64,000 bases of DNA from Aplysia californica (lineage: Eukaryota), in contig NW_004797760.1 of the NCBI RefSeq assembly GCF_000002075.1, positions 164,482-228,481 on the forward strand, in the 5' to 3' direction. Shown here piece by piece: positions 37,601 to 49,118 of this stretch. The notes beneath the pieces were generated by a model, which was not told where the DNA came from, did no database searches, and saw only the letters and a program-made list of their open reading frames with translations. The position numbers and the translations under genes are program-made. How positions within the stretch are numbered: position 1 is the stretch's first letter; each line of letters starts with the position of its first letter.

Positions 37601-40600
37601 CACACTGGCCACTGATCAATATATTAAATGATAAGCTAATCTTGACATAGATCTATATTTGTAATGAGTTGTATGTTGGACTGCGGAATCAAACGTTCCC
37701 CTATGCTAGGCCCTACACAGCAACATAGCTTGTTCAACAAACAGTACGTTATCTGGATGATAGATGACACACACATGCATTTGAATGAACTGGCCTTTTG
37801 CACTGTGTGTGCTTGGTAGAGTGCAGTGCATTTTCCTGGAATTTTCTAACATTTCTTCGGCAGCTAAGAAAAGACCGAAAATGCTTCTCATTTGAAATCA
37901 GACAACTTTTGGTTGAGAAAGATGAATACATTATTCATGTACATTACTTGCTCGATGCCTGTAATTATCCACACCAAAACCTCATGTTTGCCATAATGTG
38001 TTCTGAGTTAATGAAATTGAAGGCCGGGCCTGATGACTTTGTTGAAGATGAGTTCCACTGTATGTGTGTGTGTACTTGTCACTCTCGGTTTATTAACACT
38101 TTGCTCTAAAGCCAAAATATTTCTTAAAGAAAGTAGTTTTGGAGCTGGAGAAGTCCAGAGAACGATGCCTCCAAATGTTTTTTGTTTTCAAGTTTAATTT
38201 TTTTTCTTTCTTTTTTTTCTTTTTTTTCTTTTTCCTTTCAAATATCTATCGTCCTTATCTCCCCTCCTTCTTTTTTGTGTTTGTTACTCTCTTGTAACAC
38301 ACCTCTAATCTTCGGCACTTATATGACCTTATTGTGTTGCAAGTTTCGTAAAACACTTACTAAAACAAAAGTTTTTTTTTTTACTGTCACTAATATTAAT
38401 CAAAAGTGATGTCTGTTCATTCTAGATTGGAGACCTCTGAAATGGAGAGGGGACATTTTCGACAGGAGGTTAATCGGTAAGCTTGCTGGTTTCTGCATTC
38501 TTGATGATGGAGGGCCAGTTGTTTGTTGTTGTTCTCTTTATTTCACTTATAGTTAAACTAAATTGTGAATTCAACTGATTTTTTGAAAATCTGTTCGAAA
38601 TATACTGGGGGGGGGGGGGGGGGGGGGGGGGCTTTTGTCTCATTTTTGGAAAAATTGCTTGTGCTATAGGGAAGTATAATGTGTGATACGTCTTTCATCA
38701 TTTTTTTGTTTATTGTTGCAGAACTAATGAATATAATGATATTATTGATAATATTCATTAGTTGTGCAGACTTATTGCATCTATTGTAGAAATGATATGT
38801 TGTATATATGACAACAAAAACTACGAAAATGACAAAATCAACAAAGGGTAAAAAAAAGTAAGATCAAGCAGTGGTGCCCACACTGTATTTGTGTTTGTAG
38901 TTGGTCTTACTTATTTTCCTTTCCTCTGTTGATTTTGTCTTTGTCCATTTTTATAGGGGGAGGGTGAGATAGGTGAAATGAATTTGGAACAAAAAGAAAA
39001 AAAGTTATTGAGTGTCAGATTAACATTATTATAATATATGCAAATAAATGTTGAAAGAAATTTGTCTTGTAAGAATAGGGTGGTGGGTGGCTGCTTCGGT
39101 ATAGTTTGCACCTTTCCTGTCAAACATCTATGGGCCCTGTCTCTGCTCTTTCTTTTTTTTTTGTTTTGTGTTTGTTGCTCTTGTAACACCTTAAATCTTT
39201 GGCACTTTTATGACCTAGTTGTGTTGCAAGTGCTGTAAAACTTTTACTAAAACAATTCTCTTATAATAATGTATAGTTGGGCACAGATAACTCAAACACA
39301 TGGGGGACTGACTAATCTGTAATGTGTTCGACACATCCATAATTAGGTTTAACTGATAACAAAAAATTGAAAAGTTATCAGTCGCGGAATGGCCAATTGT
39401 ATGAGCTATCTGGTTTTTTGAGTTTTCAGTATGTTGTTATTTCTGCTTGGCTGTAGTTTTATTATTTTTAAAAAAATTTCATGACTTCATTTGGTTGACG
39501 CACTGCCTATTTTGTTTGCAGTCTTCAAACCCGACTGGAGGCTCACCACCAGGAGAAAACAGAACTCCACTCGCAGATAGAGAGTCTGGCGGAAGAAAAG
39601 GCGAAACTTGCTACGGTAGTTTGTTTTCTGGAATACCATTTGTTAAAATCTAGTGATAGGACAATGTTACCAGGTCTGATAGGTCCTCAGGCATTGTGAC
39701 ATCTTTCTCCTATTCCTATGCATGGAAACTGAAAATCCCAGTATTTTCCTTAACTATTGATATGGTGAAAGATTTGTAATATTGTAATATATTTGTTGAC
39801 GAAAATGTTTTTGTTTAGAAAATTATATTTGATATTGCATATCCTCTTTTCCTCCGAAATAAACTTTCTTGGTTGCTCCTTTGACTTACATAACTTTTTT
39901 TTCGATGTCAAGTAAGAATCCCATTTGGAGGACTGTTGGAAACTAGAATTATGGTTTGCTTAAAAGCTTTTTCTTGACTGGGTTGTGTCTTGTTTCTGGG
40001 AAGAAAAAAGCAAAACAAAATAGATGCAGAATAACCTCCCCGGGGCAGTGCCACTGACTGAAGTGTCTGTAGGCCATTCCCAAAGGGGGGACGTTAACAT
40101 GTTCTTATGCACAGTAGAATTGTAAATGGGCTGATTCATCAATGTCATGCTCATAACTGTGCCTGAACTGCAACAGGGAACTGCTGCTTTTTCTTTCCAT
40201 ATCCTTACTATGGTAGTTTTTCCTCTACTTCTTTTATATGTTTGTCAGACTCTTGTGACCCTCCATTTCCGGGGTGCCTTGATAGTCGAAGCAGACTTTG
40301 TGCTGTTGAAGCTAGAGAGGTGAGCAGAGTAAGCCTGATTCTCTGTAAAGACTTCTCTGTCGACATCCATCCCTTGGCGCTCATTTGACCGTATGCAGTT
40401 GCAAGCGCCGTAAAAACTCTACTAAAACTAAAACTAAGATGCAGAATGTTCAGAATAAAAAAATTCTTACAAAGCCACCCTCCGTAAATGATTATACTCC
40501 TGCCAGCTTACAAATGAACAGCAGAGACAACTACAAACACACACATTCACCTCCATGCTGAAATGAATAATGAGGTCTCGCTTTATCTTTTCTTTCTACC

Positions 40601-40805
40601 CCAGGAATACCAAGTAGAAAAAGAGAGGAACCAACAGCTGATGGAGGAGAGCTCTCGGCTCATTGGCCACAACAATCACCAGCAGAAGATTAAGCTCATG
40701 GAAAAGAAAAACATGGAGTACAATGAATTGCACAAGGTTCGTATATTGTACTAGGACTGAATAGTAGTTTGGTAGTAGAAATGAATGGGCTTTTATTTTA
40801 ACACA

Positions 40806-40838
<33 letters not shown>

Positions 40839-41965
40839 CTCTCCTCCGGCGCTTTTGTAGACTACAGATTTATTTGTCTCTGTTAATAGTTTCTTCAGTT
40901 TACAACATTCATTTCTATTTTCCAGTTCATCTGTTGATACCTGTTAGTGTTAGCATTCACATCGCATGAAATTATTGTTGTCAGATTACAGCTATTGAAC
41001 ACTGGATTGTAATATATATCCTTTCAAAAGTTTGGCGTCACTCTTTTTTTAATAACAGTTATCTTTTTATGGTATTCATCCATAACTAAAAAAACCGACA
41101 AGAAAATTGTGCCTGATTGCAATTGATTTTGTTGTTCCAATGAAGGGGTAGAGGAATGGTGTTATCTTTGGAACCAAGTGTTGAATATTTTGGAAGTCAT
41201 TATAAAAATGATTAAGATCTTTCTACACAGATGAGAAAAAATTTACGGGAAGCAAAACTTTTCACTAAAATGCCATCCCTACTCACTAATTTTAGATGCA
41301 CATGAATTTTTGTTTACAGAATCCCACATTGAAGGTACAACTGTAGAATCCAATAGATAGCACAGTCATTCATGATCAGTTCTTTCTCTTTCATCTTAGA
41401 TTTGACTAAAAAGCTCCTGACAGGTTGTCAAGACTGAGAGGCAATTTTCATGAGTCTTTTGGAAAACTCATTCTTAAACTTGTGGTGTGAACAGAAAAAG
41501 TGCAGTAAATGGTCCTGATAAAAACAGAGTGAAATTTATAAATGGTGCCATACGTATTCACCAACTGTTAGTAGCTCCGCAACAAGTCAGGAAAAACTTG
41601 GTGCCACTGTGACGAGTGAGTTTACCGGTTGATTTGGTAAATTTGGGCTATAATGCATTAATTGTAATTTTAGTTGGATCTTGTTGTGCACAAAAGAGAC
41701 TTTCACTTTCTTCTTCACCATTGTTTGGTTGAAATTGAAAGACTCGTGTTCTAATGATTCTATTTTCTGTGAAGTGTGTTTTTTGCGTCCAGTTGAGGTA
41801 TCGTTTTTTGCCTCTCTCTAATTTTTTCAGAAGTACGAAAGGTTGCTTCTGGAAACGAGCAAAATGAACCTGAAGACACCTGGCAAAAGTGCTAACCCAT
41901 CAGACTGGAGGACACCAACTTCACAGAGTCCTGGGATGAGAGACATCACCAATACACCCACATGA
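11131..41965 (+). CDS. KIF15: Kinesin-12 family motor KIF15 (Xklp2/KRP180-like), 35 coding exons, ~1350 aa
   Basis: Phase-consistent hand splicing: 11131-11153, 12122-12311, 12637-12713, 13376-13413, 15290-15390, 15893-16072, 16902-17003, 17273-17380, 18832-18957, 19315-19373, 19876-19939, 20944-21076, 21671-21753, 22242-22400, 23285-23486, 24883-25007, 25580-25759, 26557-26739, 27000-27086, 27535-27640, 28459-28589, 29426-29503, 30059-30175, 31102-31254, 32282-32509, 32921-33019, 33946-33993, 34656-34789, 35329-35419, 36023-36132, 36761-36886, 38426-38476, 39522-39615, 40605-40736, 41831-41965 (4053 nt). Motifs: [15 protein letters not shown]-loop GQTGSGKT, switch I NRESSRSH, switch [28 protein letters not shown], neck [16 protein letters not shown]15-like [17 protein letters not shown], long coiled coil, and C-terminal [11 protein letters not shown] (HMMR/KIF15 bZIP-like motif). 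Confidence 0.95.
12122..20961 (+). CDS. KIF15: KIF15 kinesin motor-domain exons (coding exons 2-12)
   Basis: All canonical kinesin motor motifs occur in order across exons with matching phases. Confidence 0.97.
13540..13611 (+). mobile_element. L2-type 3' tail fragment
   Basis: AGCGCATTGAGC...AAATGCGCTATATAAAT(TTA)n, the same tail as the 18085-18795 element. A related tail lies at ~20740-20810. Confidence 0.7.
14072..14459. repeat. 23-bp minisatellite (GCCCTTTTGTTGTAGACTCTYAT), ~17 copies
   Basis: Direct tandem array with two interspersed unit variants. Confidence 0.95.
14840..15254 (+). mobile_element. Short retroposon family B, copy 1
   Basis: ~400-bp body shared with 16484-16877 and 40033-40436; TSD AGAACATAC (14831-14839, 15255-15263). 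Confidence 0.9.
16484..16877 (+). mobile_element. Short retroposon family B, copy 2
   Basis: Same body; TSD AAATTTGT (16476-16483, 16878-16885). Confidence 0.9.
17498..17802. mobile_element. piggyBac-type MITE
   Basis: TTAA|CCCTTCCAGCCCCA...TGGGGCTGGAAGGG|TTAA, a perfect 14-bp TIR. Confidence 0.9.
18085..18795 (+). mobile_element. 5'-truncated L2/Crack-type LINE (ORF2 C-terminus, 3'UTR and (TTA)n tail)
   Basis: Reads [51 protein letters not shown] and [17 protein letters not shown] across frameshifts. The tail is AAAGCGCATTGAG...ATGCGCTATATAAAT followed by (TTA)n. Confidence 0.9.
19940..20943 (+). other. GC-AG intron of KIF15
   Basis: AAG|GCAAGT donor; the join restores the conserved IKNK|AVVNED. 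Confidence 0.9.
20126..20312 (+). mobile_element. Short retroposon family A
   Basis: Same body; TSD TGTGGGTTAT (20116-20125, 20313-20322). Confidence 0.9.
22565..22614. repeat. (TC)n microsatellite
   Basis: Seen directly in the sequence. Confidence 0.95.
24563..24812. repeat. ~60-64-bp tandem repeat, 4 copies
   Basis: Unit TTAGAAAAACTTGGAGTGCAATCACAAAATACTCTAG...TTCAGCACTGTTATTATGCT. Confidence 0.95.
28114..28352. mobile_element. piggyBac-type MITE family C, copy 1
   Basis: TTAA|CCCTATCCGT...ACGGATAGGG|TTAA. Confidence 0.9.
30400..30965 (+). mobile_element. Family E copy
   Basis: TAGTCAAACCTGCCTGTACAGAGACCTGTCCAAGATGGAAACC..., colinear with the 1969 and 59262 copies. Confidence 0.75.
34790..35328 (+). 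other. U12-type (minor spliceosome) intron of KIF15 with AT-AA termini
   Basis: 5' site ATATCCTTT at 34790. Branch site TTCCCCTTGAC with branch A at 35317, 11 nt from the 3' end. The frame-preserving junction is TC|A TTG. Confidence 0.8.
35047..35273. mobile_element. MITE inside the U12 intron
   Basis: TIRs GGTCGCTTTTAAGAACAAG and CTTGTGCTTAAAAGCGACC (18/19 match), flanked by AATT and AGTT. Confidence 0.85.
36340..36582 (+). mobile_element. I-group (Ingi/Nimb-like) LINE ORF2 fragment downstream of RNase H
   Basis: Reads [10 protein letters not shown]...[23 protein letters not shown], then a frameshifted LRQHMY...SPKCQC Cys/His region. Confidence 0.7.
37300..37700 (+). mobile_element. Interspersed repeat family G, copy 1
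   Basis: Shares GGATTCAAC, CCAATCAGC..CCT..TTTCATACCAACA and AATGATAAGCTA.TCTTGACATAGATCTA...GGAATCAAACGTT with 54280-54740. Confidence 0.7.
38240..38370 (+). mobile_element. Family A retroposon, 5'-truncated
   Basis: 3' two-thirds of family A, including the tail. Confidence 0.75.
39077..39253 (+). mobile_element. Family A retroposon, diverged
   Basis: Colinear with family A along its full length. Confidence 0.75.
40033..40436 (+). mobile_element. Short retroposon family B, copy 3
   Basis: Same body; TSD AGATGCAGAAT (40022-40032, 40437-40447). Confidence 0.9.
40801..40838. repeat. (AC)n microsatellite
   Basis: Seen directly in the sequence. Confidence 0.95.
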
Positions 41966-43131
41966 TTCCTTGGCCTCGGATCTCCCGACACAGATTTCCC
42001 TCCACTCTTGATTGTGTAATGTGATTCGTTCAACGAGATTTTCAGGATATATTGTCCATATCTGTTGGTCCTCTCTAAATGTGTGATAATCAGATATCTT
42101 TTGTTGACTCCATGCTCTGCAGTGTCAAATAAGCACTTGTTTTTATTTCTTTTATGTTTTTCAGACTGATTTAACATCCGCTTGTTGGTGGATGATTCTG
42201 TTACAACTTCATGCCTGTGTTTCCTGTCCTTGTACTTTCATCTGTCGTCTGTCTTACACTCAATCAAGATGCACCAGACATGAATAGCCGAATGACTAAA
42301 GTGGCTAGAAGGACCGTAGCTGGTGGTTTTTGGGGCACAATTCAAAGTAGCTTACTGAACATATCGCGGTAATCAGCTTCTGAGCGTAAAGAGTGGCCAT
42401 TTATTTTTTCACTTTTTCTTTTTCCTGACCACTGGAATGCTGTTAGTTGATTTTATGAAAAGTTTTCTTGTAAAGGTTATTAGAACTGCACAAAATAGAT
42501 TTATTTTGAATCAAAATGGCTACCTCATCAAAGTGTTAGTTTTCATGTCAAAGAAGTGATTAATGAGTTAGGCCTTCTTCAAGGCAGTTGCAGCACTAGC
42601 AGGAAAGAAGACATTAGTTGTGCATGAAAATTGCCAATATGAATAGCATGAAATAGTGATGTTTCCAGTAAAAATTGAAACGTGGAGTTTTGTTGGTTCT
42701 TACAAAGTAGTTTCTTATGGTAAAAAAAAAAATCAGCTGAATTCTCACTTATTTCTTGATAAAATGCTAGTGCTGTCTTGCTTCGCAGTAACAAGAAAAA
42801 ATAATCAGTTATTGAAGAATAGTCACAAGCTCTCATACACTTGTTAAAAATTTGAGAGTCCTGCAGTGTACCGCCAGGGTCAAGCGTGTGTCTTGATTGA
42901 ATTAAATGTGTACATGTATGTAATCATTGTGCTTGTTGTCTCTGTCTCATGGGCCTGCTCTTAATGGTCTTCTCCTTGGGAAGGCATTTCCTTTTAACTT
43001 GTACAAACAAAATAATTTTTGCAAACTGATATTGATTGTTGTTGTTCTTTTTTTTCAGAAGTCCTTTTCTGCTTTTAAGTCTGTTTTTCTTGAAAGTATG
43101 GTGCTGGATAGTACGTATATTACCAGTTTTT

Positions 43132-43309
43132 GGTGGGTGGTTGGCGGGTGCTCTGGTGTGGTTTGCTTCTTCGTTCCTATCAAACAACTATCATCTTTAT
43201 CTCCCCTCCTTCTTTTTTGTGTTTGTTACTCTCTTGTAACACCTCTTATCTCCGGCACTTATATGACCTTACTGTGTTGCAAGTGCCGTAAAACTGACTA
43301 AATCTAATC
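43132..43309 (+). mobile_element. Family A retroposon in the probable KIF15 3'UTR
   Basis: Same body; near-perfect TSD TTACCA(G/A)TTTTT. Confidence 0.88.
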
Positions 43310-43676
43310 TTACCAATTTTTACTCCTTGAAAAGTAAGTATTGTACACATTTTATCTGAAGTGTGTTATTCGGTTTCTCTATATATTTGTACTTGTATGA
43401 AAAGAATGAATGCTACAGTATTCACATAATGATTGTACATGAAGCATTTTTATTGCAGCAATATCTTTAGATAGCAACCCAAAATCGTTTCATTCCAAAA
43501 TAAAAGCTGTTGTTATTTTATGATGACATGATAGTAAAAGTAGGCCTACAATATTTACGTTATGTTTTTTTCCTTGTGTTTTTTTTTGTTTTGCCAGCTT
43601 AGATTGTCTTGAAGGATGTTGTACCCCTAAAAGTGGATAAAATAAATCGAAGTCTCACCACACTCAGATTCAGATT

Positions 43677-43864
43677 CAGGGATGCCAAATGATTTTTGAA
43701 AAGAAACCCTGAAAATAAGGGGAGCATCACACCTCACCTAAAATTAACCTAGTAAAATCTTTCAATGAGCAAACAAAAACATTTCTCTTACCATTCCCCT
43801 TTCCTTTGCAAGTGTAGGAAAAAAACGGAAAATGCCGCGAAAAAACTGAGATTTGGCATCCCTG
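43677..43864. mobile_element. hAT-like MITE with 6-bp TSD
   Basis: Perfect TIRs CAGGGATGCCAAAT and ATTTGGCATCCCTG; TSD CAGATT. Confidence 0.88.
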
Positions 43865-44775
43865 CAGATTGTAATTGTGAGTAATGACTGTTTCTCAGAC
43901 CTAGAATTTTTGTTAGAATTTTGTGATCTCCGTTGACTCTTGTCCTTAGTTTTGTTCATTTGAAGTTCACCTATGACCTGTATCATTTGTTGAGAATGTG
44001 TAATGAAATGTTACACATGTGTTCTATTTACCATCTGTCTCCTCGGTGACAGTCCCAAGGCAGCTTGTGTTATAATGTGTATGGATGTGTAATCTTAGCA
44101 CAGATTCTATGTTTCATCTAATTTGTGCCTTAATCTTTACAGTAAATAAGGATTTTGATTTAGATGCAATTCCACCATATACATTTATGTCACAATTTGG
44201 GGCTGTCTTATTGAATAGTTACTAATAAATATATTTTGATATGTTATTTTTATGAATACTTTTATTGATTGAATTGATCTTTAAAAAGCAGAGAAAAAGG
44301 CAGCTACAGTTTGAAAATATTGCTCAGTTATACCATCCTAGTAAGTAAGTGTGACTAACCAAACTCATGTCATATGTAAATATACAGCTTCCATTATGTG
44401 CCATCTGTGTATCAGACAACCAGTGTCCAGAAAAACCCATTCACACGCAAGGCAAAAGCAATAAATGAATAGTCAAATGTGACTTTCTCTTTTGTTATAA
44501 TTTCTTTTACATTTTCTTTATCACAGCAGAAAAGGGACTTCTCAGTGGAGATCTTTAGGCACTCTCCCATGTTCCAAAATGGTGAAAGTGTTTTACCAAT
44601 CATCTGTGTTGTGTAAGCAGCGAAAATACTATGGTAACTCCTGATCTCTTCAGTACTTGCTGTGTCAAAGTCACCTATTTAGTGTTCAGCTTTGTGCTAT
44701 TTCTACAAAAAACGTCTACTCAGATTCAGAATCAGTTGCACAGCATTTGGCAACAAAGTATGTCATCTTCTGTCC

Positions 44776-44951
44776 GTGGGTGGTTGGCGGGTGCTCTGGT
44801 GTGGTTTGCTCCTTCTTTCCTATCAAATATCTATCGTCCTGATCTCTCCTCCTTCTTTTTTGTGTCTTTTACTCTCTTATAACGCCTCTAATCTTCGGCA
44901 CTTATATGACATTATTGTGTTGCAAGTTCCGTAAAACTCTTACTAAAACTA
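44776..44951 (+). mobile_element. Family A retroposon
   Basis: Same body; TSD ATCTTCTGTCC (44765-44775, 44952-44962). Confidence 0.9.
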
Positions 44952-45086
44952 ATCTTCTGTCCAAACAAGTATTTTTTCCAAAGATGAAGAGCTTCTCCAT
45001 TGTCATTGAGCCAACACTTGACCTTTGCCCAACTGTGGGGCTTGCCTGTACAGGTTGAGACAGAGCTCAGGTAGATGAATACATAC

Positions 45087-45826
45087 GTGTTTCATTGTGG
45101 TGAAATCAGGCGCTCATCTTATTGAAATTGTAGAAATCGACTTTTCTCTACCTGGTTGGGCCATTTTAACTGATTTTTTTTTTGGCTTCGCACCTTTTAT
45201 GTCCATTCACTTATGGACCTGTCCGGTGTGCAATGACGTTGCCCAGGACAGGTAATACAGGTAATGTCCATTCAAAACACGTTTCTCAGTGAAATTTAAC
45301 CCTATCTGTACGTCGTGTTTTACTATCATATCCATACGACGTGCGGAACTCTGTGCAATCACTTTTCAAAGAGGAAATTTACTTGTTAATCCCATCCGTA
45401 CGCTTTCCATAGCAGTCTGTCAAAATGATTTTTTGAGAAATACTGAGTTTCAAAGAGATCTTCGCACTTGAAATAATCTAAAATGTGAAGAATACAACCC
45501 CAGGGGTACAAAATGACTCCAGAGCGTACGTATAGGGTTAATGAAAAATGTTGATCAAAGGCATACAAAATGTAACTTTGCAGTTTACAAGGACACTCAA
45601 GCTTACAAAGTATCCATACTTAGTTGTCATTTTCTCTTTATAATTTCAATGTAACTCTGACACCAAGTGACCCCAACCTCCTTTAATGTCAGATATCTTA
45701 ACTTTTATTCAAGATAGATGAGTATTTTTATCATCAAAAGCAAGACAAATGAACACACTTTATATGATACCATAAACTCCATAGCCTAAAATATGACGAG
45801 CGCCTGATTCTACCACGTCGTGACAC
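45087..45826. mobile_element. TIR element family F, copy 1
   Basis: ~30-bp imperfect TIRs GTGGTGAAATCAGGCGCTC and GAGCGCCTGATTCTACCAC. Confidence 0.8.
45300..45537. mobile_element. piggyBac-type MITE family C, copy 2 (nested in a family F element)
   Basis: TTAA TSD and CCCTAT...ATAGGG termini; colinear with copy 1. Confidence 0.9.
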
Positions 45827-48118
45827 AAGGAAAATCCTTTTTAAAGTAAATTAAAGAAGCATGCCGTTTGCTTGCCTCTTACTCTGTCATATGTGCAAGA
45901 AACTTTCAATCCCCGATTCATAAAGGCATGACTTCAAATACGACCTTTCATCATGCAATGTAGTTTGATTGTAAATGTTTTATGCCTCCATTACCACAAT
46001 AAAATCATATCGGAGATGGGCTGGTTTGAGAAGCCTGTCACTGTTACAGGAGTCCAAAAGGGGCAGAATGACATGAAGCATCCTAGCAGATACAGAGATA
46101 CTCAACAAAATAATTTTCTCTGTGGGAATCAAACTCATATTTTTTCAGCATGCATTGAGGAATTGGTTAGGAACCTAACCATAACACCACAGACACTACT
46201 TAACTTCGAAAAGTTTCATCGAAAGCAACCAATTTTACTCTTATTTTCAGGTTAAACCCCTACCTTGCATCCATCCATGTCAAATGAACCACCCATGTGC
46301 ACTATAGGCTTCTCTTCTACATCAAGAAACTAAAAAAAAATGTCTGCCTATTTTCTAACATGTAGTCTACTCAGTTGTTTGACCAAGAAGGAACTGAATA
46401 CAAATAAATTAAATATGAATTCCACTCACATGTTAAAATTAAAACACACACACGTTAAATAACAACAGTAGCGCCAAAATGCTGAGATGAGGTCCAAAGT
46501 TTATTACATGAACATCACAGTCGGTGACAAACCCCATCGTATCTATCTTGATAAATACAAAAGAAAGGTAATTGCCTGATCCTCTCTTTGAGGACAACAT
46601 TTTCTGACATCCATTGCAGCAAGTCTCTGATACACTCTAATACGTGCAAACATGTATGAATCTTTCGATCCCATGGCAGTGACAAAGTAAGAAAGGAAGG
46701 AGGAAGGTTCTGAATAAATCATACGTAAACCATTCACAAGTTTAAAAAAACAAAAACGACCATACTTCCAAAAGTGCAACTATGATGGAAGTTCAAGAAA
46801 CTCCGGCTCGTGCAAAAGAATACCACATTCATGTGAGATCCAAGCCAACGACAGACGACAAATAAAGGCTTGTGACTGAAAATTTACATAAAATCCCACA
46901 ACCAGTATCTCAAAACCATTCCGATAAAAACTAATGACACTATGCTAAAATTTTATCGCAAGTCAATATGTTGACTTGTGCTCACAAGTACTTAAAAATC
47001 TAGACACTTTGAAAAGATGGATCACACAATACTATAGGTTGTCCATTTGAAAAATAATACAATGTAGGCCTACAGTCTTCTGCCAACAACTTTTGATAAA
47101 ATACACAAATGTATTCCCATTCCAAATTTTGATGCTAAACATATATTGTCTTAACACAGCAAAAATGTTTGGCATCTCTTCACTCATCAGCAACGTTTTA
47201 AAAGATTTTAGTTGACATACGGTACTTTTACGACACTACAACTTAATAAAAAGAACAAAACAGTATCACCATATATATAAATGGAGACTATTTTTGTTTC
47301 AAGAAATATCAAATCCTGACTTTAACAGAATCAAAAGTTGTTAAAAAAAACAACCCTGTTTCTGTTTTACTTTCCAAATGGACTGCCTAGGATAAAACGC
47401 TAAATAATTTTTTTCCCAAGTCCATGTCTTCAAATTATAAAATAAGGACATTAAACAAAAAGGAAAGGGAATCAAATTTGAAAACAAAAATATTATATTG
47501 AATCTTTTGAGTTGAGAGAAATCAATTAAGTCAATAAGCCACCTTAACTTGATTTTTTTCAAGGCCAAAATGACAAACAATTTTTCAGATACCCATGGGA
47601 CAGGGAAAAATTGCAATTTAAATTTTCACGATGAAAAAAAAAAAGGAATGGAAAAGACAGGCACACTGCAGTGAAGTACTAAATACACCAATATATTAGA
47701 ACACTGTACTGTGCAAACCAGCTGGCCCTTTTCTCATCTCAGTAGGCCCTACATGTAACTGACCTCTTACTTTGAAGTACGCAGCGGTACAATAACTAAG
47801 ATACTAAGATAAAAAATCTTATATTACTCCACAGTTATCACATCAAAAGTGCTCAATGATTAGAAGTAAAAGATTGATTTTTAAGGTTTGTTACTTGCAT
47901 GAAAGTGAAAGATGAGCAAAAAGGAGAGCTTTTAAGCAAGTAATGTTTGAAATAAATTTCAGATTTTGATCTCGACTCGAGAGAGGGGGGATAGATTTCA
48001 TGCCTTTTCCATACATAACCATTAATTCTTTCCTATTAATTCATAAAACAATGCACTGACTATGGAGGTTGTTTTAAACTGTCCTATTCAATGTTGAATT
48101 CTTTGTGAGCAAAGATAT

Positions 48119-48552
48119 ATGTGAGTCATAATGGTGAAATCAGGCACTCGTCAAAATAAAGAAATCAAAGAAACCAGCATTTTTGGGGGGTTTGGTAAAG
48201 AATTTTCTTTTTTTCGGCTCAACCCTTTTTACCTCCAATTAAAAACATCTTTCTGCTTGATTTTTATTTTTAAAAATTGATTAAAGGCACAAAAAATGTA
48301 AATTTTCAGTTTTCAAGGACTCTAGGAACGGAAGTCACCAAACTTTGGCAGTCCTTTTCTTGCTTGTTTTACGGCTGAAACCAGGTGACCCCCCATCTCC
48401 TTCAATTCGAAATAGCTCGACCTCTATCCAAGATAGATGGGTATTTTTTCAATAAAAGCCAGACAAAAGAGCAAGTTTAAGATGATACCAATAGCTCCAC
48501 ATATGCCCCAAAAAAACCTGACGAGCGCCGGATTCAACCGCGTCGCGACACA
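48119..48552. mobile_element. TIR element family F, copy 2
   Basis: ATGTG...TGGTGAAATCAGGCACTCGTC at the left end and GACGAGCGCCGGATTCAACCGCGTCGCGACACAT at the right; colinear with copy 1. Confidence 0.8.
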
Positions 48553-49118
48553 TATCAAAAGATGACCTTTAATTGCTTTGATCTGTCCAGTGCAAGTAGT
48601 ACTGATTCTGAAACGTTTTTGTCTGATGAGATTTTGTTCTAAATAGATTAGCCTCTTTCATTTTTCAGGAAAGAGGATCTCTATCCAATTATTATTATTA
48701 TTGTTACTTCATTCCTGGAGAAAAAACCCATAAAATCAGCTTTTCAGTTGTCTACTATCCAATCACAATCTTCAGAGTTATATAGTCTACAGCCTCAGAA
48801 AACTTTACACAGTGCTAGAGCTTCAGAAAAAGCCGAAAGTAAGGATAAATTTTTGAACTTGTACATTTTCCATGAAACAAAGTATTTTGAAAAAAATTCT
48901 TTGTTCTCTTGACTCACTTTGACAGTTCTGCTCTCTATTAAATACTGACCAACTTTTACAATTTCCTGTGGCTATAATGAAGACAAAACACAGACATCAA
49001 GTTTTCAATCTACCGTACCCATACTGTTACTTGACAGTCAATCCAGGACATACACATGTGTATTACAGCGGTACAAAAAAAAAAAAAGGAAAAAAAAAAA
49101 AAAAAGAAGAAACAAATG

